Source of the DNA: Elusimicrobiota bacterium
GTDB taxonomy: Bacteria > Elusimicrobiota > Endomicrobiia > Endomicrobiales > JBDRNC01
DNA length: 64,000 nt
Assembly (NCBI GenBank): GCA_043811535.1
Contig: JBDRNC010000038.1
Span: 32,001 to 96,000, forward strand
Direction of reading: 5' to 3'
Of the stretch, positions 37,192 to 46,747 are shown in pieces. The position numbers and the translations under genes were made by a program. Under the pieces are notes generated by a model. It worked only from the letters and a program-made list of their open reading frames with translations. It was not told the DNA's origin and did no database searches. The first letter of the stretch is position 1, and every line of letters begins with the position of its first letter.

Positions 37192-39105
37192 GTGGACAAC
37201 TCTGTCAAATCAATGTCAATGATGGGAGAGCATGACGAGTACCTTTTCAAGGAAGGAAGCCATTTCAGGTTATATAACATCCTGGGGTCTCATATACGCG
37301 AATTAGACGGTGTGAAGGGCGTGTATTTTGCTGTCTGGGCGCCTAACGCTGAAAAAGTCAGCGTTATCGGGGATTTCAACAGCTGGAAAAAGGAATCGCA
37401 TCCGCTCGGCATGCGATGGGACGGGTCAGGGGTATGGGAGGGTTTCATACCGGGCTTGCAGCGGGGATGTATCTACAAGTATTTCATAACTTCCAGGATA
37501 AATAATTACAAAGTTGAAAAGGCAGATCCCGTGGCATTCCACTATGAGACGCCGAAGAAGACCGGGTCGATAGTATGGGACCTGGATTACAAATGGGCTG
37601 ACGGCGAGTGGATGAAAAGCAGGGGCGCGAAGAACAAAGTGGACGCTCCTTATTCCGTCTATGAGGTGCATCTCGGCTCATGGCGAAAGGTGCCGGAAGA
37701 GGGAAACAGGTTCCTGAATTACCGGGAAACCGCGCATCACCTGACCGAGTACTGCAAGGAGATGGGCTACACTCACGTGGAATTCCTGCCCGTAATGGAG
37801 CATCCGTTCTACGGTTCGTGGGGCTATCAGACTGTCGGGTATTTCGCGCCTACCAGCAGGTACGGGACTCCGCAGGACTTCATGTACCTTGTTGACCATA
37901 TGCACAAAAACGGGATAGGGGTCATACTTGACTGGGTGCCGTCGCATTTTCCCACAGACGTTCACGGGCTTTCGTTCTTTGACGGCACCAAGCTTTTCGA
38001 GCACGAGGACATGAGGCAGGGTTTTCATCCGGATTGGAAGAGCAGTATTTTCAATTGCGGGAGGAATGAGGTCAAGAACTTCCTGATATCCAGCGCGCTT
38101 TTCTGGCTGGACAAGTACCATATAGACGGTTTGAGGGTTGACGCGGTCGCTTCGATGCTATATCTCGATTATTCAAGAAAGCAGGGGGAATGGATCCCCA
38201 ATAAATACGGCGGAAGGGAAAACATTGAGGCCATCGAGTTCCTCCAGCGTTTTAACCACGTGGTTTTTGAGAATTATCCTGACGCGCAGACAATGGCAGA
38301 GGAGTCAACCGCCTGGCCGATGGTTTCCAAGCCGACGTACATGGGCGGGCTCGGGTTCGGCATGAAATGGAACATGGGCTGGATGAACGACATGCTTAAA
38401 TACTTCGCCGTTGACCCGGTATTCAGGAAATACCACCACGGGCAGATAACATTCAGCATGCTTTACGCTTTTTCCGAGAACTTTGTCCTTCCATTCTCGC
38501 ATGACGAGGTGTGCCAGGGCAAGGGATCCCTTGTCGGCAAGATGCCGGGCGACGAATGGCAGAGGTTTGCCAACCTTAGGGTCCTGCTGGGGTACATGTT
38601 CGGCCATCCAGGGAAGAAGCTGCTTTTCATGGGATGCGAGATCGGGCAGGTAAGGGAGTGGAACCATGACGAGAGCCTGGAGTGGCACGTGCTCCGGTTC
38701 CCATTACATGCCGGCATGAGGAAATGGGTCAGAGACCTTAATCACATGTACAGGTCCGAGCCGGCTCTTTACGAGATTGACTCGTCCTGGGACGGCTTTG
38801 AATGGATAGATTTCAACGACAGCGACCAGAGCATGATCTGTTTCTTGAGGAAATCCAGGAACGGCCGCGGTAATGTGCTTTGCGTATATAACTTCACGCC
38901 CGTGCTCAGGCAGAACTACAGGGTAGGCGTGCCCAGCGGCGGATTCTGGAAGGAACTGCTCAACAGCGACGCGCGCGAATACGGCGGTGAACAGAGGGGC
39001 AATCTCGGCGGTTTCCATGCCGAAGGTATCGCTTCGCACGGAAGGCAGTATTCATTGAATCTTACTGTCCCGCCTCTTGGGGCAGTCTTCATGAAGAGCG
39101 AATAA
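37192..39105 (+). CDS. glgB: 1,4-alpha-glucan branching enzyme (GH13_9)
   Basis: FAVWAPNA, YEVHLGSW, PVMEHPFYGSWGYQ, DWVPSHFP, GLRVDAVASMLY, AEESTAW, LPFSHDEV. Confidence 0.95.
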   Translation: MDNSVKSMSMMGEHDEYLFKEGSHFRLYNILGSHIRELDGVKGVYFAVWAPNAEKVSVIGDFNSWKKESHPLGMRWDGSGVWEGFIPGLQRGCIYKYFITSRINNYKVEKADPVAFHYETPKKTGSIVWDLDYKWADGEWMKSRGAKNKVDAPYSVYEVHLGSWRKVPEEGNRFLNYRETAHHLTEYCKEMGYTHVEFLPVMEHPFYGSWGYQTVGYFAPTSRYGTPQDFMYLVDHMHKNGIGVILDWVPSHFPTDVHGLSFFDGTKLFEHEDMRQGFHPDWKSSIFNCGRNEVKNFLISSALFWLDKYHIDGLRVDAVASMLYLDYSRKQGEWIPNKYGGRENIEAIEFLQRFNHVVFENYPDAQTMAEESTAWPMVSKPTYMGGLGFGMKWNMGWMNDMLKYFAVDPVFRKYHHGQITFSMLYAFSENFVLPFSHDEVCQGKGSLVGKMPGDEWQRFANLRVLLGYMFGHPGKKLLFMGCEIGQVREWNHDESLEWHVLRFPLHAGMRKWVRDLNHMYRSEPALYEIDSSWDGFEWIDFNDSDQSMICFLRKSRNGRGNVLCVYNFTPVLRQNYRVGVPSGGFWKELLNSDAREYGGEQRGNLGGFHAEGIASHGRQYSLNLTVPPLGAVFMKSE

Positions 39106-39125
39106 ATCAATACAGGAGAAATTCT

Positions 39126-39452
39126 ATGAGAAGATATTCAGCAGCAATGGTTGTTAGCATCTTTGCGGTTTTGTTAATCTCCGGATGCGCGACGATAGGC
39201 CGGAATTTTGAAGTATCTCAGGTTAAAAATATACAGCTTGGGAAAACGACGCAGAACGAAATCCTGTCGATGTTTGGAACCCCGTGGCGCACCGGAATTG
39301 AAGACGGGAAACAGACGTGGACATACGGAAGATACCATTACGGCGTATTCAGCGAAACGGCAGCAAAGGACCTTGTGATCCGCTACGATGATCTGGGGAT
39401 AGTCGTTTCATACACCTACAATACCACTGATATCGCTGAAGACCGGCAATAG
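39126..39452 (+). CDS. BamE/SmpA/OmlA-like lipoprotein
   Basis: Lipobox ISGC; IQLGKTTQNEILSMFGTP..WTY. Confidence 0.75.
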   Translation: MRRYSAAMVVSIFAVLLISGCATIGRNFEVSQVKNIQLGKTTQNEILSMFGTPWRTGIEDGKQTWTYGRYHYGVFSETAAKDLVIRYDDLGIVVSYTYNTTDIAEDRQ

Positions 39453-39463
39453 CGGTCTCGGCT

Positions 39464-39504
39464 CGCCTTTCGAACCGTTAGATAAACCGAGCGGTTTATT
39501 ATTT
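39464..39504 (+). repeat. Degenerate type B right end of the junction element
   Basis: CGCCTTTCGAACCGTTAG..GAGCGGTTTATTATTT versus CGCCATTCGAACCGCTCA..GAGCGGTTTTTTATTT. Confidence 0.6.
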
Positions 39505-39698
39505 AATTCAGATGACCTTAGAAAGTCTATTTAATAAAATTAATGCCTGCTTGAAAGATCCTGTCGATAAGGTTCTTTCAGGTTCTATTCTTGGTACGAC
39601 AAACCCTGAAATCATAGCCGATAAAAAAGGAAAGGCCTGTATATACCGGTTTAGGCCAAAATCAGGGATTGGATGGCCGTGAGTAAAAAAGGAATACA

Positions 39699-40823
39699 AT
39701 GTTCGGTACTATTTTAATTACCGCAGTTACATTGATGCAGGTCTATGTGTTTTGGCGGATCATTTCGATACCGCTGGCGGCGCGGTTTATGCCAAAGAAA
39801 GCTATTTTGGGGATAGGCATTTCGCTTTGGACGGTGTTTATTGCCGGCAGGACAATTGGAAACAGCGGTTCCGGCGCTTTTTCTGTAATCCTGGAATTAT
39901 TCGGCATGAATTGGATGGGAACGGTGCTTTTGCTTTTTGTTTTCATTTTTAGCGCAGATGTTGTTACGGGATTTGGTTTAATATTGCCAAAGTTATCGCA
40001 ATATTTAAAGATTATTGCGCTGGGTGCCGGTTCCCTTCTTTCAATAATGGCGATGGTTCAGGGCATGAGGCCTCCGGTAATACAAGACTATGAAGTGTAT
40101 TTGCCGGGCTTGCCCGCAAAAATGGACGGCGCGACACTCGTTGCTGTATCCGATATGCATCTTGGCTCATTGCTGAATAAACGCTGGCTGGAATCCAGGG
40201 TTTCGCAGATCACAGAATTAAATCCGGATATTATTGTTCTGCTCGGAGATATATACGAAGGCCACGGCATTTCACAAAATGAATTTATTCCTGCCTTAAA
40301 AAACCTTTCCGCTCCACTCGGGGTATGGGCAATTCTCGGAAACCATGAAAGACACAGGAGCTCAGATGCCGGTGTTTCGTTGATGGAGGATGCGCGTTTC
40401 AATGTGCTGCGCGATACATGGGCAGAGATCCGGCCGGGTTTTGTGCTGGCAGGCATAGATGACCTTACGGCAAATCATCGTATGGGGCAGGGCAAAGATT
40501 CCATCTCTAAAGCGCTTACAGACAAGCCGAAGGGCGCAACAATATTGCTATCCCATTCGCCTTTGCGGGCAGAACAGGCGTCAAATGCCGGCGTGCAGCT
40601 GATGCTTTCCGGCCACACTCATGCAGGGCAGATCTGGCCGTTTAATTATCTGGTAAAAACCAGATATCCGATGCTCGAAGGAAGATATGAAGTCAATGGC
40701 ATGACAGTTATTGTCTGCCGCGGCACGGGAACATGGGGTCCCAGGATGCGGCTTTGGGATCCCGGGGAGATTCTCCGCATAACGCTGCGCAGCAAGAAGG
40801 AAATAGGGAAGAAGTCAAAATAA
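39699..40823 (+). CDS. Membrane-anchored metallophosphoesterase (YkuE-like)
   Basis: SDMHLG, LLGD, GNHE, LLSHSP, SGHTHAGQ, GTWGPRMR. Confidence 0.9.
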   Translation: MFGTILITAVTLMQVYVFWRIISIPLAARFMPKKAILGIGISLWTVFIAGRTIGNSGSGAFSVILELFGMNWMGTVLLLFVFIFSADVVTGFGLILPKLSQYLKIIALGAGSLLSIMAMVQGMRPPVIQDYEVYLPGLPAKMDGATLVAVSDMHLGSLLNKRWLESRVSQITELNPDIIVLLGDIYEGHGISQNEFIPALKNLSAPLGVWAILGNHERHRSSDAGVSLMEDARFNVLRDTWAEIRPGFVLAGIDDLTANHRMGQGKDSISKALTDKPKGATILLSHSPLRAEQASNAGVQLMLSGHTHAGQIWPFNYLVKTRYPMLEGRYEVNGMTVIVCRGTGTWGPRMRLWDPGEILRITLRSKKEIGKKSK

Positions 40824-40845
40824 CAGCGCTCCAGAACAATATAAA

Positions 40846-40937
40846 CCGGAAAAATGCTATAATATTTTTTAATTTCCTTCGTTAAAAAATAAAGATAAAT
40901 ATATTTCAATTTTTGAGTAAACGCCGTTCAAACAGCT
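40846..40937 (+). repeat. Junction element copy 7 (degenerate, centre deleted)
   Basis: CCGGAAAAATGCTATAAT..TTTCCTTCG and AGTAAACGCCGTTCAAACAGCT. Confidence 0.65.
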
Positions 40938-40982
40938 TGCCGGGCTTTAAGATATTTAAGCAAATGATTTACGGGAGCAAAA

Positions 40983-41417
40983 ATGATATTTAGGAGCACG
41001 GCCCCTTGGTGGTTTTATGCGTTGTTATCGGCGTTTTTTGCCGCGTTAACGGCTATACTTGCAAAAATAGGGATTAAAGGCGTCGATTCCGACCTTGCGA
41101 CTGCCGTGAGAACGGCGGTTATATTGTTGATGGTTTGTATCGTAGTATTTGTTAAAAACGGGATGTCGGGCATTTTTGAGCTTTCAAAAACAAATCTGAT
41201 ATTTCTATCTTTATCCGGCATCGCGACAGGGCTTTCATGGCTTTTTTACTTCAGAGCTTTGCAGTTAGGAAAGGTTTCTAATGTGGCTCCGGTAGATAAG
41301 ACAAGCGTAGCGATAGCAATTTTATTGTCCGTTATATTTTTACATGAAACGATTACTTTCAAGGCTGTATTTGGGGCGCTTTTGATAATAGCAGGCACGA
41401 TTATTGTAATAATATGA
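40983..41417 (+). CDS. EamA/DMT-family membrane protein
   Basis: ALLSAFFAALTAILAKIG, ATGLSWLFYFRALQ, VAPVDK. Confidence 0.88.
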   Translation: MIFRSTAPWWFYALLSAFFAALTAILAKIGIKGVDSDLATAVRTAVILLMVCIVVFVKNGMSGIFELSKTNLIFLSLSGIATGLSWLFYFRALQLGKVSNVAPVDKTSVAIAILLSVIFLHETITFKAVFGALLIIAGTIIVII

Positions 41418-41443
41418 AACAGGTTTGCCTTTGGAGGCGGTAA

Positions 41444-42364
41444 GTGGCTAACGAGACGGTGTTCAGGCGGTACAGCGGCAATCCGATAATCACGGCGGAA
41501 GCCGTTCCTGGCGCGGACAGCATCAGTAACAGCGCGGTAGTGAAATTCGGCGGCGGATACGCGGGTGTCTTCCGCGTGGACCACCAGGATATGAGGTTCC
41601 GGCTGCACGTAGGCAGGAGCAGTGACGGTTTCAACTGGAAGATAGAGCCGAAACCGCTAAAGATGAAAAGGATCGAAGCCGATGCCGGATGCGATTTCAA
41701 CATGTACGACCCGCGGATAACTAAACTCGGCGGTATGTACTACATAACATGGTGCAACCACGGGATACACGGGCCGAGTATAGGCCTTGGGCGAACGAAG
41801 GATTTCAGGACCTTCACGCAGATGGAAGGCCCGCTCCCGACGGCAAACAGGAACTGTGTCCTGTTCCCGCGCAAGATAAACGGTAAGTACGCGATATACC
41901 ACAGGCCCAGTGACCGCGGCCATACCTCATTCGGCGATATATTCTATTCCACGAGCCCTGATTTCGTTCACTGGGGATGCCACAGATGGGCCTTCGGTCC
42001 GGCGGGCGGTTGGCAAGGCACGAAAGTCGGACCCGGCCCCGCGCCAATCGAGACGCGGGAGGGGTGGCTGCTTATCTATCACGGCGTCTGGACTAGCTGC
42101 AGCGGCTATCTCTACAATGCGGGCGGTGCACTGCTTGATCTGGACAAACCCTGGAAGGTGATCGCGCGGACAAAGGACTACCTTCTCGCTCCAACGGAAC
42201 CGTACGAAAGAATCGGCAACGTCCCAAATGTCATCTTCCCAAGTTCGGCTATCGTGGAAGACGATAATTTACGCCTCTATTACGGATGTGCCGACACCTG
42301 CATCTCCGCGGCTGAAGCCAGCCTCAAAGACGTGATTACTTTTATTAAAAAGCACAGTTATTAA
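41444..42364 (+). CDS. GH130 beta-mannoside phosphorylase/glycosidase
   Basis: RYSGNPII, YDPRIT, NRNCVLFPRKINGKY..HRPSD.GH, GNVPNVIFP, YYGCADT. Confidence 0.9.
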   Translation: MANETVFRRYSGNPIITAEAVPGADSISNSAVVKFGGGYAGVFRVDHQDMRFRLHVGRSSDGFNWKIEPKPLKMKRIEADAGCDFNMYDPRITKLGGMYYITWCNHGIHGPSIGLGRTKDFRTFTQMEGPLPTANRNCVLFPRKINGKYAIYHRPSDRGHTSFGDIFYSTSPDFVHWGCHRWAFGPAGGWQGTKVGPGPAPIETREGWLLIYHGVWTSCSGYLYNAGGALLDLDKPWKVIARTKDYLLAPTEPYERIGNVPNVIFPSSAIVEDDNLRLYYGCADTCISAAEASLKDVITFIKKHSY

Positions 42365-42387
42365 TAAGCGGACCGCCTGAGAAGGAA

Positions 42388-42423
42388 ATTCAAGCCGCCC
42401 GCAAACGCGCGCGGTTTTTTATT
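42388..42423 (+). terminator. Terminator, possibly a decayed type B right end
   Basis: ATTCAAGCCGCCC..GCGCGGTTTTTTATT. Confidence 0.45.
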
Positions 42424-42491
42424 GCCGGATATTTTGGTATAATCTTTACTGAAAGATAAGGCATTGAAGAAATAAACACAAGGAGCCATGG

Positions 42492-44150
42492 ATGCACGGC
42501 CTGCTTGCCGACATAGGAATAGCGATCATAGCCGCGACCGTTCTGGGCATAATCGCGTACAGGCTGAAACAGCCCATCATACTCGCGTACCTGATAGCGG
42601 GCGCCCTGATAGGCCCGAATATCGGGCTCAAGCTTATTACCGATATTAACAGCATAGAGATAATCTCCGAGCTGGGATTGATTCTCCTGCTGTTCATCAT
42701 CGGACTTGAGATGGATATTCCTTCTATATTAACATCCGGGCGGCAACTGCTTGTGTCCGGAATCGGGCAGTTCGTATCCTGCGTGGTGATGGGGATAGGT
42801 TTCTTCATTTTGCTCGGGTATTCCCTGAACGCGGGCGACATGAGCGCGCTGTATCTGGCGATGGCCTGCGCGTTGAGCAGCACGGCGATAGTCGTTAAAC
42901 TGCTCTACGACAAGCTGGAACTGGACTGCCTTCACGGCAGGATGACGCTGGGGATACTGATCATCCAGGATATCTGGGCGATAGCGATACTCGCGTTTCA
43001 GCCGAATTTCATGGATCCGAAAGTATCGTTTCTGATATTCGCGTTAGGCAAGAGCGCACTTCTGCTTGCGAGCGGTTTTTTGTTCAGCAAGTACGTTCTC
43101 GGTTACGTATGCGGCTTGCTGTCAAAGAGCCCGGAAATGATCGTAGCGGTGTCCATAGGCTGGTGCGCGCTTGTAGCCGGGGCGGCCGACGCAATAGGCC
43201 TGTCGAAGGAGATGGGGGCGTTGATCGCCGGAATCTCCATATCCACGTTCCCTTACAGCGTCCATATAACGGCGAAAACCCTTCCTCTGCGGGATTTTTT
43301 CCTGACTCTGTTCTTCATTTCCCTTGGCATGAAGATTGCCGCGCCTACCGCGGCAATGCTTGGGGCGGCGTCCATCCTGGTGTTATTCGTGATAGTCTCA
43401 AGGTTTGCTTCAATATATCCTCTTCTGGTTTGGACCGGAGGGGGAAGACGGACCGCGTTCATATCAAGCTTGAACCTTTCGCAGATAAGCGAGTTCTCAC
43501 TTGTGGTAGCCTCTTTGGGGGTCGCGTACGGCCATATAAAGGCCGATCTTCTTTCCATGCTTACCTACTCCATGGCTTTTACTTCAGTGATATCATCGTA
43601 CCTTATCAAGTATAACCACGAACTGTACATGAAAATGGAGCGTATTATCGCCTGGATCAGGCCGTGCGAAAGCCTTTCCGGGGACAAGCAGACGTGCGAG
43701 GTGGTGCCTACCTACCCGATATTGATACTCGGATACCACAGGGGCGCGCAGTCTCTTATCAGGGAGATCTCGGATAAGGCGCCGGAGCTTATTGACCAGC
43801 TGCTTGTGATAGATTTCAATCTGGAAAGCCTCAGGGAGCTTAAGAAAATAGGCGTCGCGGGGTTGTTCGGCGATATCGCGAGCACGGACTCGCTGGAACA
43901 CGCGCATATCAGGAACGCGGAAGTCATAATTTCCACCATACCCGACATATTGCTCAAAGGGACAACCAACAGCGAACTCGTAAAGACGTGCAGGATACTG
44001 TCCCCGAAGGCCTTCATAATAGCGACGGCCGATTTCTACGATCACGGCGAGAAGATAAAGGAAGCGGGGGCCGATGAAGTCCTTATCCCGTACTGCATGA
44101 CCGGTGAAATGATCACGACCATGCTGCAAAACAGAAGGAGGCACGGTTAG
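42492..44150 (+). CDS. CPA2 cation:proton antiporter with C-terminal TrkA-N/RCK domain (Kef-like)
   Basis: QPIILAYLIAG, LLFIIGLE, LSSTAIVVK, LIIQD, SQISEFS; ILGYHRG, GDIAS. Confidence 0.9.
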   Translation: MHGLLADIGIAIIAATVLGIIAYRLKQPIILAYLIAGALIGPNIGLKLITDINSIEIISELGLILLLFIIGLEMDIPSILTSGRQLLVSGIGQFVSCVVMGIGFFILLGYSLNAGDMSALYLAMACALSSTAIVVKLLYDKLELDCLHGRMTLGILIIQDIWAIAILAFQPNFMDPKVSFLIFALGKSALLLASGFLFSKYVLGYVCGLLSKSPEMIVAVSIGWCALVAGAADAIGLSKEMGALIAGISISTFPYSVHITAKTLPLRDFFLTLFFISLGMKIAAPTAAMLGAASILVLFVIVSRFASIYPLLVWTGGGRRTAFISSLNLSQISEFSLVVASLGVAYGHIKADLLSMLTYSMAFTSVISSYLIKYNHELYMKMERIIAWIRPCESLSGDKQTCEVVPTYPILILGYHRGAQSLIREISDKAPELIDQLLVIDFNLESLRELKKIGVAGLFGDIASTDSLEHAHIRNAEVIISTIPDILLKGTTNSELVKTCRILSPKAFIIATADFYDHGEKIKEAGADEVLIPYCMTGEMITTMLQNRRRHG

Positions 44151-44199
44151 TTTCCGCGCTCAAAAATATATCCCGCCGAAAGCAAGGGATGAGAGGTAA

Positions 44200-45531
44200 A
44201 TGCTTATGAAGATATTGTTGATTTCACCGATTGCCGACCCGGAAATAAAAACTTCCGAAGGGCTAATGATACCCCAGCTGGCCCTTCACATACTGGAAAG
44301 CCTGACTCCCCCTGAACACGAAGTAAAAATCGTTGAAGAAGAGATAGAAGCTGTTGATATTAATGAAGAGTGCGATCTGGTCGGTATCAGCTGCATGACT
44401 TCTAACGCGCCCCGGGCGTATCAGCTTTCCGAAGAATTCAGAAAAAGAGGGAAAAAAGTGGTTCTCGGAGGCGTTCATCCGACGCTTCTCAGCGAAGAAG
44501 CTTTGCAACACTGCGATGCCGTGGTAATAGGGGAATGTGAAACGGTATGGGAACAGGTGCTTAAAGATTTCCAGGAAGGCAGGCTGCAAAAAACGTATCA
44601 TGAAGCGGCCCCTTCTTTGGACAAGTACATACCTTTGAAATACAGAGGATTTACTAAGAAAAGGCTGTTCAGCGTTATTCCGATCATGACAACGCGGGGA
44701 TGCCCTTATAACTGCGAGTTTTGCTGTGTTTCTAATATTTATGGAAAAAAGATACGGCACCTTCCGGTAAGCAACATAGTCCGTGATCTGCAGGAAAGCC
44801 GGCACAAACTGTACATATTTCTGGATGATAATATCATCGGAGACCCCGAGTACGCCAAAGCGCTTTTTAAAGCCATAAAACCGTTCAAGATAAAATGGGT
44901 GGGGCAATCATCCATCTCTTTCGTCCATGACACGGAATTGATGAAACTTGCCGTGGAAAGCGGGTGCACCGCCCTTTTCTTCGGCGTGGAGAGTGTATCT
45001 GAATTTCAATTGAAAAGAATGGCGAAATCGATCAAAGAAATCAAGAAAATAGATGAAGCCATTCATATAGTAAAAGACCTGGGCATTCATTTTCATGCTT
45101 CCATAGTGTTTGGTTTCGATGGGGATACGAAAACTATTTTTCCCGAGACGCTTGATTTTCTGAGCAGGAATAAGATCGGTTCAGCTTCGCTTAATATCCT
45201 GACGCCGTATCCCGGTACCCGGGTATATGAGCAGTTCAAGTCGGAAGGACGACTTCTTACTCCCGACTGGCAGTATTATGACCATTCTACAGTTGTTTTT
45301 AGGCCTAAAAATATGACTCCGCATGAACTGCAGGCCGGGACAAATTGGATCAAGCGGGAATATACAAAGGTCGCATCTATCATTAAAAGATTGCCGGGGA
45401 ATATGTCCCATCCTCTGTTATTCTTCGCCATAAACATGGGCATGAGAAAGAGCACCAGGATGGACACGCTCCGCCTGCCTTTTCTGAATAATGAAATATT
45501 TGCGCCGGATGGTGGGGGGCGCGGAAAGTAA
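44200..45531 (+). CDS. B12-binding radical SAM protein
   Basis: VVLGGVHPT, TRGCPYNCEFC, FLDDN, GVES, TPYPGT. Confidence 0.92.
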   Translation: MLMKILLISPIADPEIKTSEGLMIPQLALHILESLTPPEHEVKIVEEEIEAVDINEECDLVGISCMTSNAPRAYQLSEEFRKRGKKVVLGGVHPTLLSEEALQHCDAVVIGECETVWEQVLKDFQEGRLQKTYHEAAPSLDKYIPLKYRGFTKKRLFSVIPIMTTRGCPYNCEFCCVSNIYGKKIRHLPVSNIVRDLQESRHKLYIFLDDNIIGDPEYAKALFKAIKPFKIKWVGQSSISFVHDTELMKLAVESGCTALFFGVESVSEFQLKRMAKSIKEIKKIDEAIHIVKDLGIHFHASIVFGFDGDTKTIFPETLDFLSRNKIGSASLNILTPYPGTRVYEQFKSEGRLLTPDWQYYDHSTVVFRPKNMTPHELQAGTNWIKREYTKVASIIKRLPGNMSHPLLFFAINMGMRKSTRMDTLRLPFLNNEIFAPDGGGRGK

Positions 45532-45576
45532 AATAAGCGCGGACCGCTTGACAATGAATTGCCGTGCAGAGAAAGT

Positions 45577-45605
45577 AGCGCCGGGAAAATCCGGCGCTTT
45601 TTTTT
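45577..45605 (+). terminator. Rho-independent terminator
   Basis: AGCGCCGG-GAAAAT-CCGGCGCT followed by a T-run. Confidence 0.8.
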
Positions 45606-45652
45606 ATTTTACGGCAGGCAGTCCTTTTGAAAAAAATAGTAAAACGCGACTA

Positions 45653-45708
45653 TTGACAAACGCGGAACAATCGGCTATCATGATTATGTGCACACGGGTG
45701 CACATAAT
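45653..45708 (+). promoter_or_regulatory. Promoter and LacI operator
   Basis: TTGACA-17 bp-TATCAT; 26-bp near-perfect palindrome ATTATGTGCACACGGGTGCACATAAT (45683-45708). Confidence 0.8.
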
Positions 45709-45729
45709 TGCGCATATGAGGGCCAAGTC

Positions 45730-46722
45730 ATGAATCTGGCAAAAATAGCGAAAAAACTGGGCGTATCAAGGTGGACGGTGTCACGCGCCCTGTATAGCAG
45801 CGGGTATGTGGACAAGAAGAAGAAAGAGAAGATATTAACCTACCTTAAGAAGATAGACTACACTCCTAATATACACGCCTCAAGCCTTGGCGGAAAGAGG
45901 TCAAGGGTTATAGGCCTGATCCTGCCTAAAGGGGTCGTCTCCGGGTTTGACTTCTTCCTTGCCGAAACAATAAAACATCTTGCCCTGGGGCTGAAAAACA
46001 GCGGGTATTCCCTGATGCTGTTCATAGACAAAGAGGGAGATGACGCGGGTATAGCCAAATTGTGGGAGAACAGGACCATCGCCGGGGCGGTGATGTTCAG
46101 CTCCACGAAGGACGACGTGGGTAAGCTTAGAGAGCTTATTAAGTGCAGGATGCCGTCCGTGCTTGTATTCTCGCATTTTAAAGGCATTGATTCTTTCGCG
46201 TGCGACAACGAGTACGGGGGGTACCTGGCGACGAAATATCTCATCGAAAAGGGCCGGAGAAGGATAGCCTTCATACACGGCAATCCGGCATGGGTTGATT
46301 CCGCCGACAGGTTCAAGGGCTATCTCCGCGCTTTGGCCGAACACGGCATTGTCTGCGACAGCGTTCTGGTTAAAGAAGGTTACTTTAACGTGCCTGAAGG
46401 CAAGAAAGCGGCAGAAAAGCTTATAGGTCTCGAGAAGAGGCCGGACGCTATATTCGCTTCAAACGATAACATGGCGATCGGAGCCGCGTGGGCCATCGGC
46501 GAGAAACAACTGCGCATTCCCGGAGATATAGCCGTAATAGGTTTTGACAACAATGCCGACGCGAAAAATACCAATCCTCCGCTGACTACCATAGCCCAGC
46601 CCATAAAGGAAATTATTGACGCTTCCATGGAAAGGCTTATAGCTAAAATAGAGGGGAGGGAAACAGGAAAACCCGTTCTAAGGCTGTTTCCCCCGAAATT
46701 AATAGAGAGGGGCTCGGTTTAG
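45730..46722 (+). CDS. LacI-family regulator (paralog of 50466)
   Basis: MNLAKIAKKLGVSRWTVSRAL; YTPNIHASSL; PGDIAVIGFDN; PPLTTIAQP. Confidence 0.92.
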   Translation: MNLAKIAKKLGVSRWTVSRALYSSGYVDKKKKEKILTYLKKIDYTPNIHASSLGGKRSRVIGLILPKGVVSGFDFFLAETIKHLALGLKNSGYSLMLFIDKEGDDAGIAKLWENRTIAGAVMFSSTKDDVGKLRELIKCRMPSVLVFSHFKGIDSFACDNEYGGYLATKYLIEKGRRRIAFIHGNPAWVDSADRFKGYLRALAEHGIVCDSVLVKEGYFNVPEGKKAAEKLIGLEKRPDAIFASNDNMAIGAAWAIGEKQLRIPGDIAVIGFDNNADAKNTNPPLTTIAQPIKEIIDASMERLIAKIEGRETGKPVLRLFPPKLIERGSV

Positions 46723-46747
46723 AAATTCATTCAAGGAGAGCAAAATC

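Noticed and set aside
39512..39682. 56-aa ORF MTLESLFNK...GIGWP
   Set aside because: No RBS or recognisable motif; may be a gene remnant but cannot be supported.
18121..40937. Classical integron attC sites
   Set aside because: Arms run GTT...AAC, not RYYYAAC...GTTRRRY; the sites carry promoters and terminators; cargo is multi-gene; no intI in the window.
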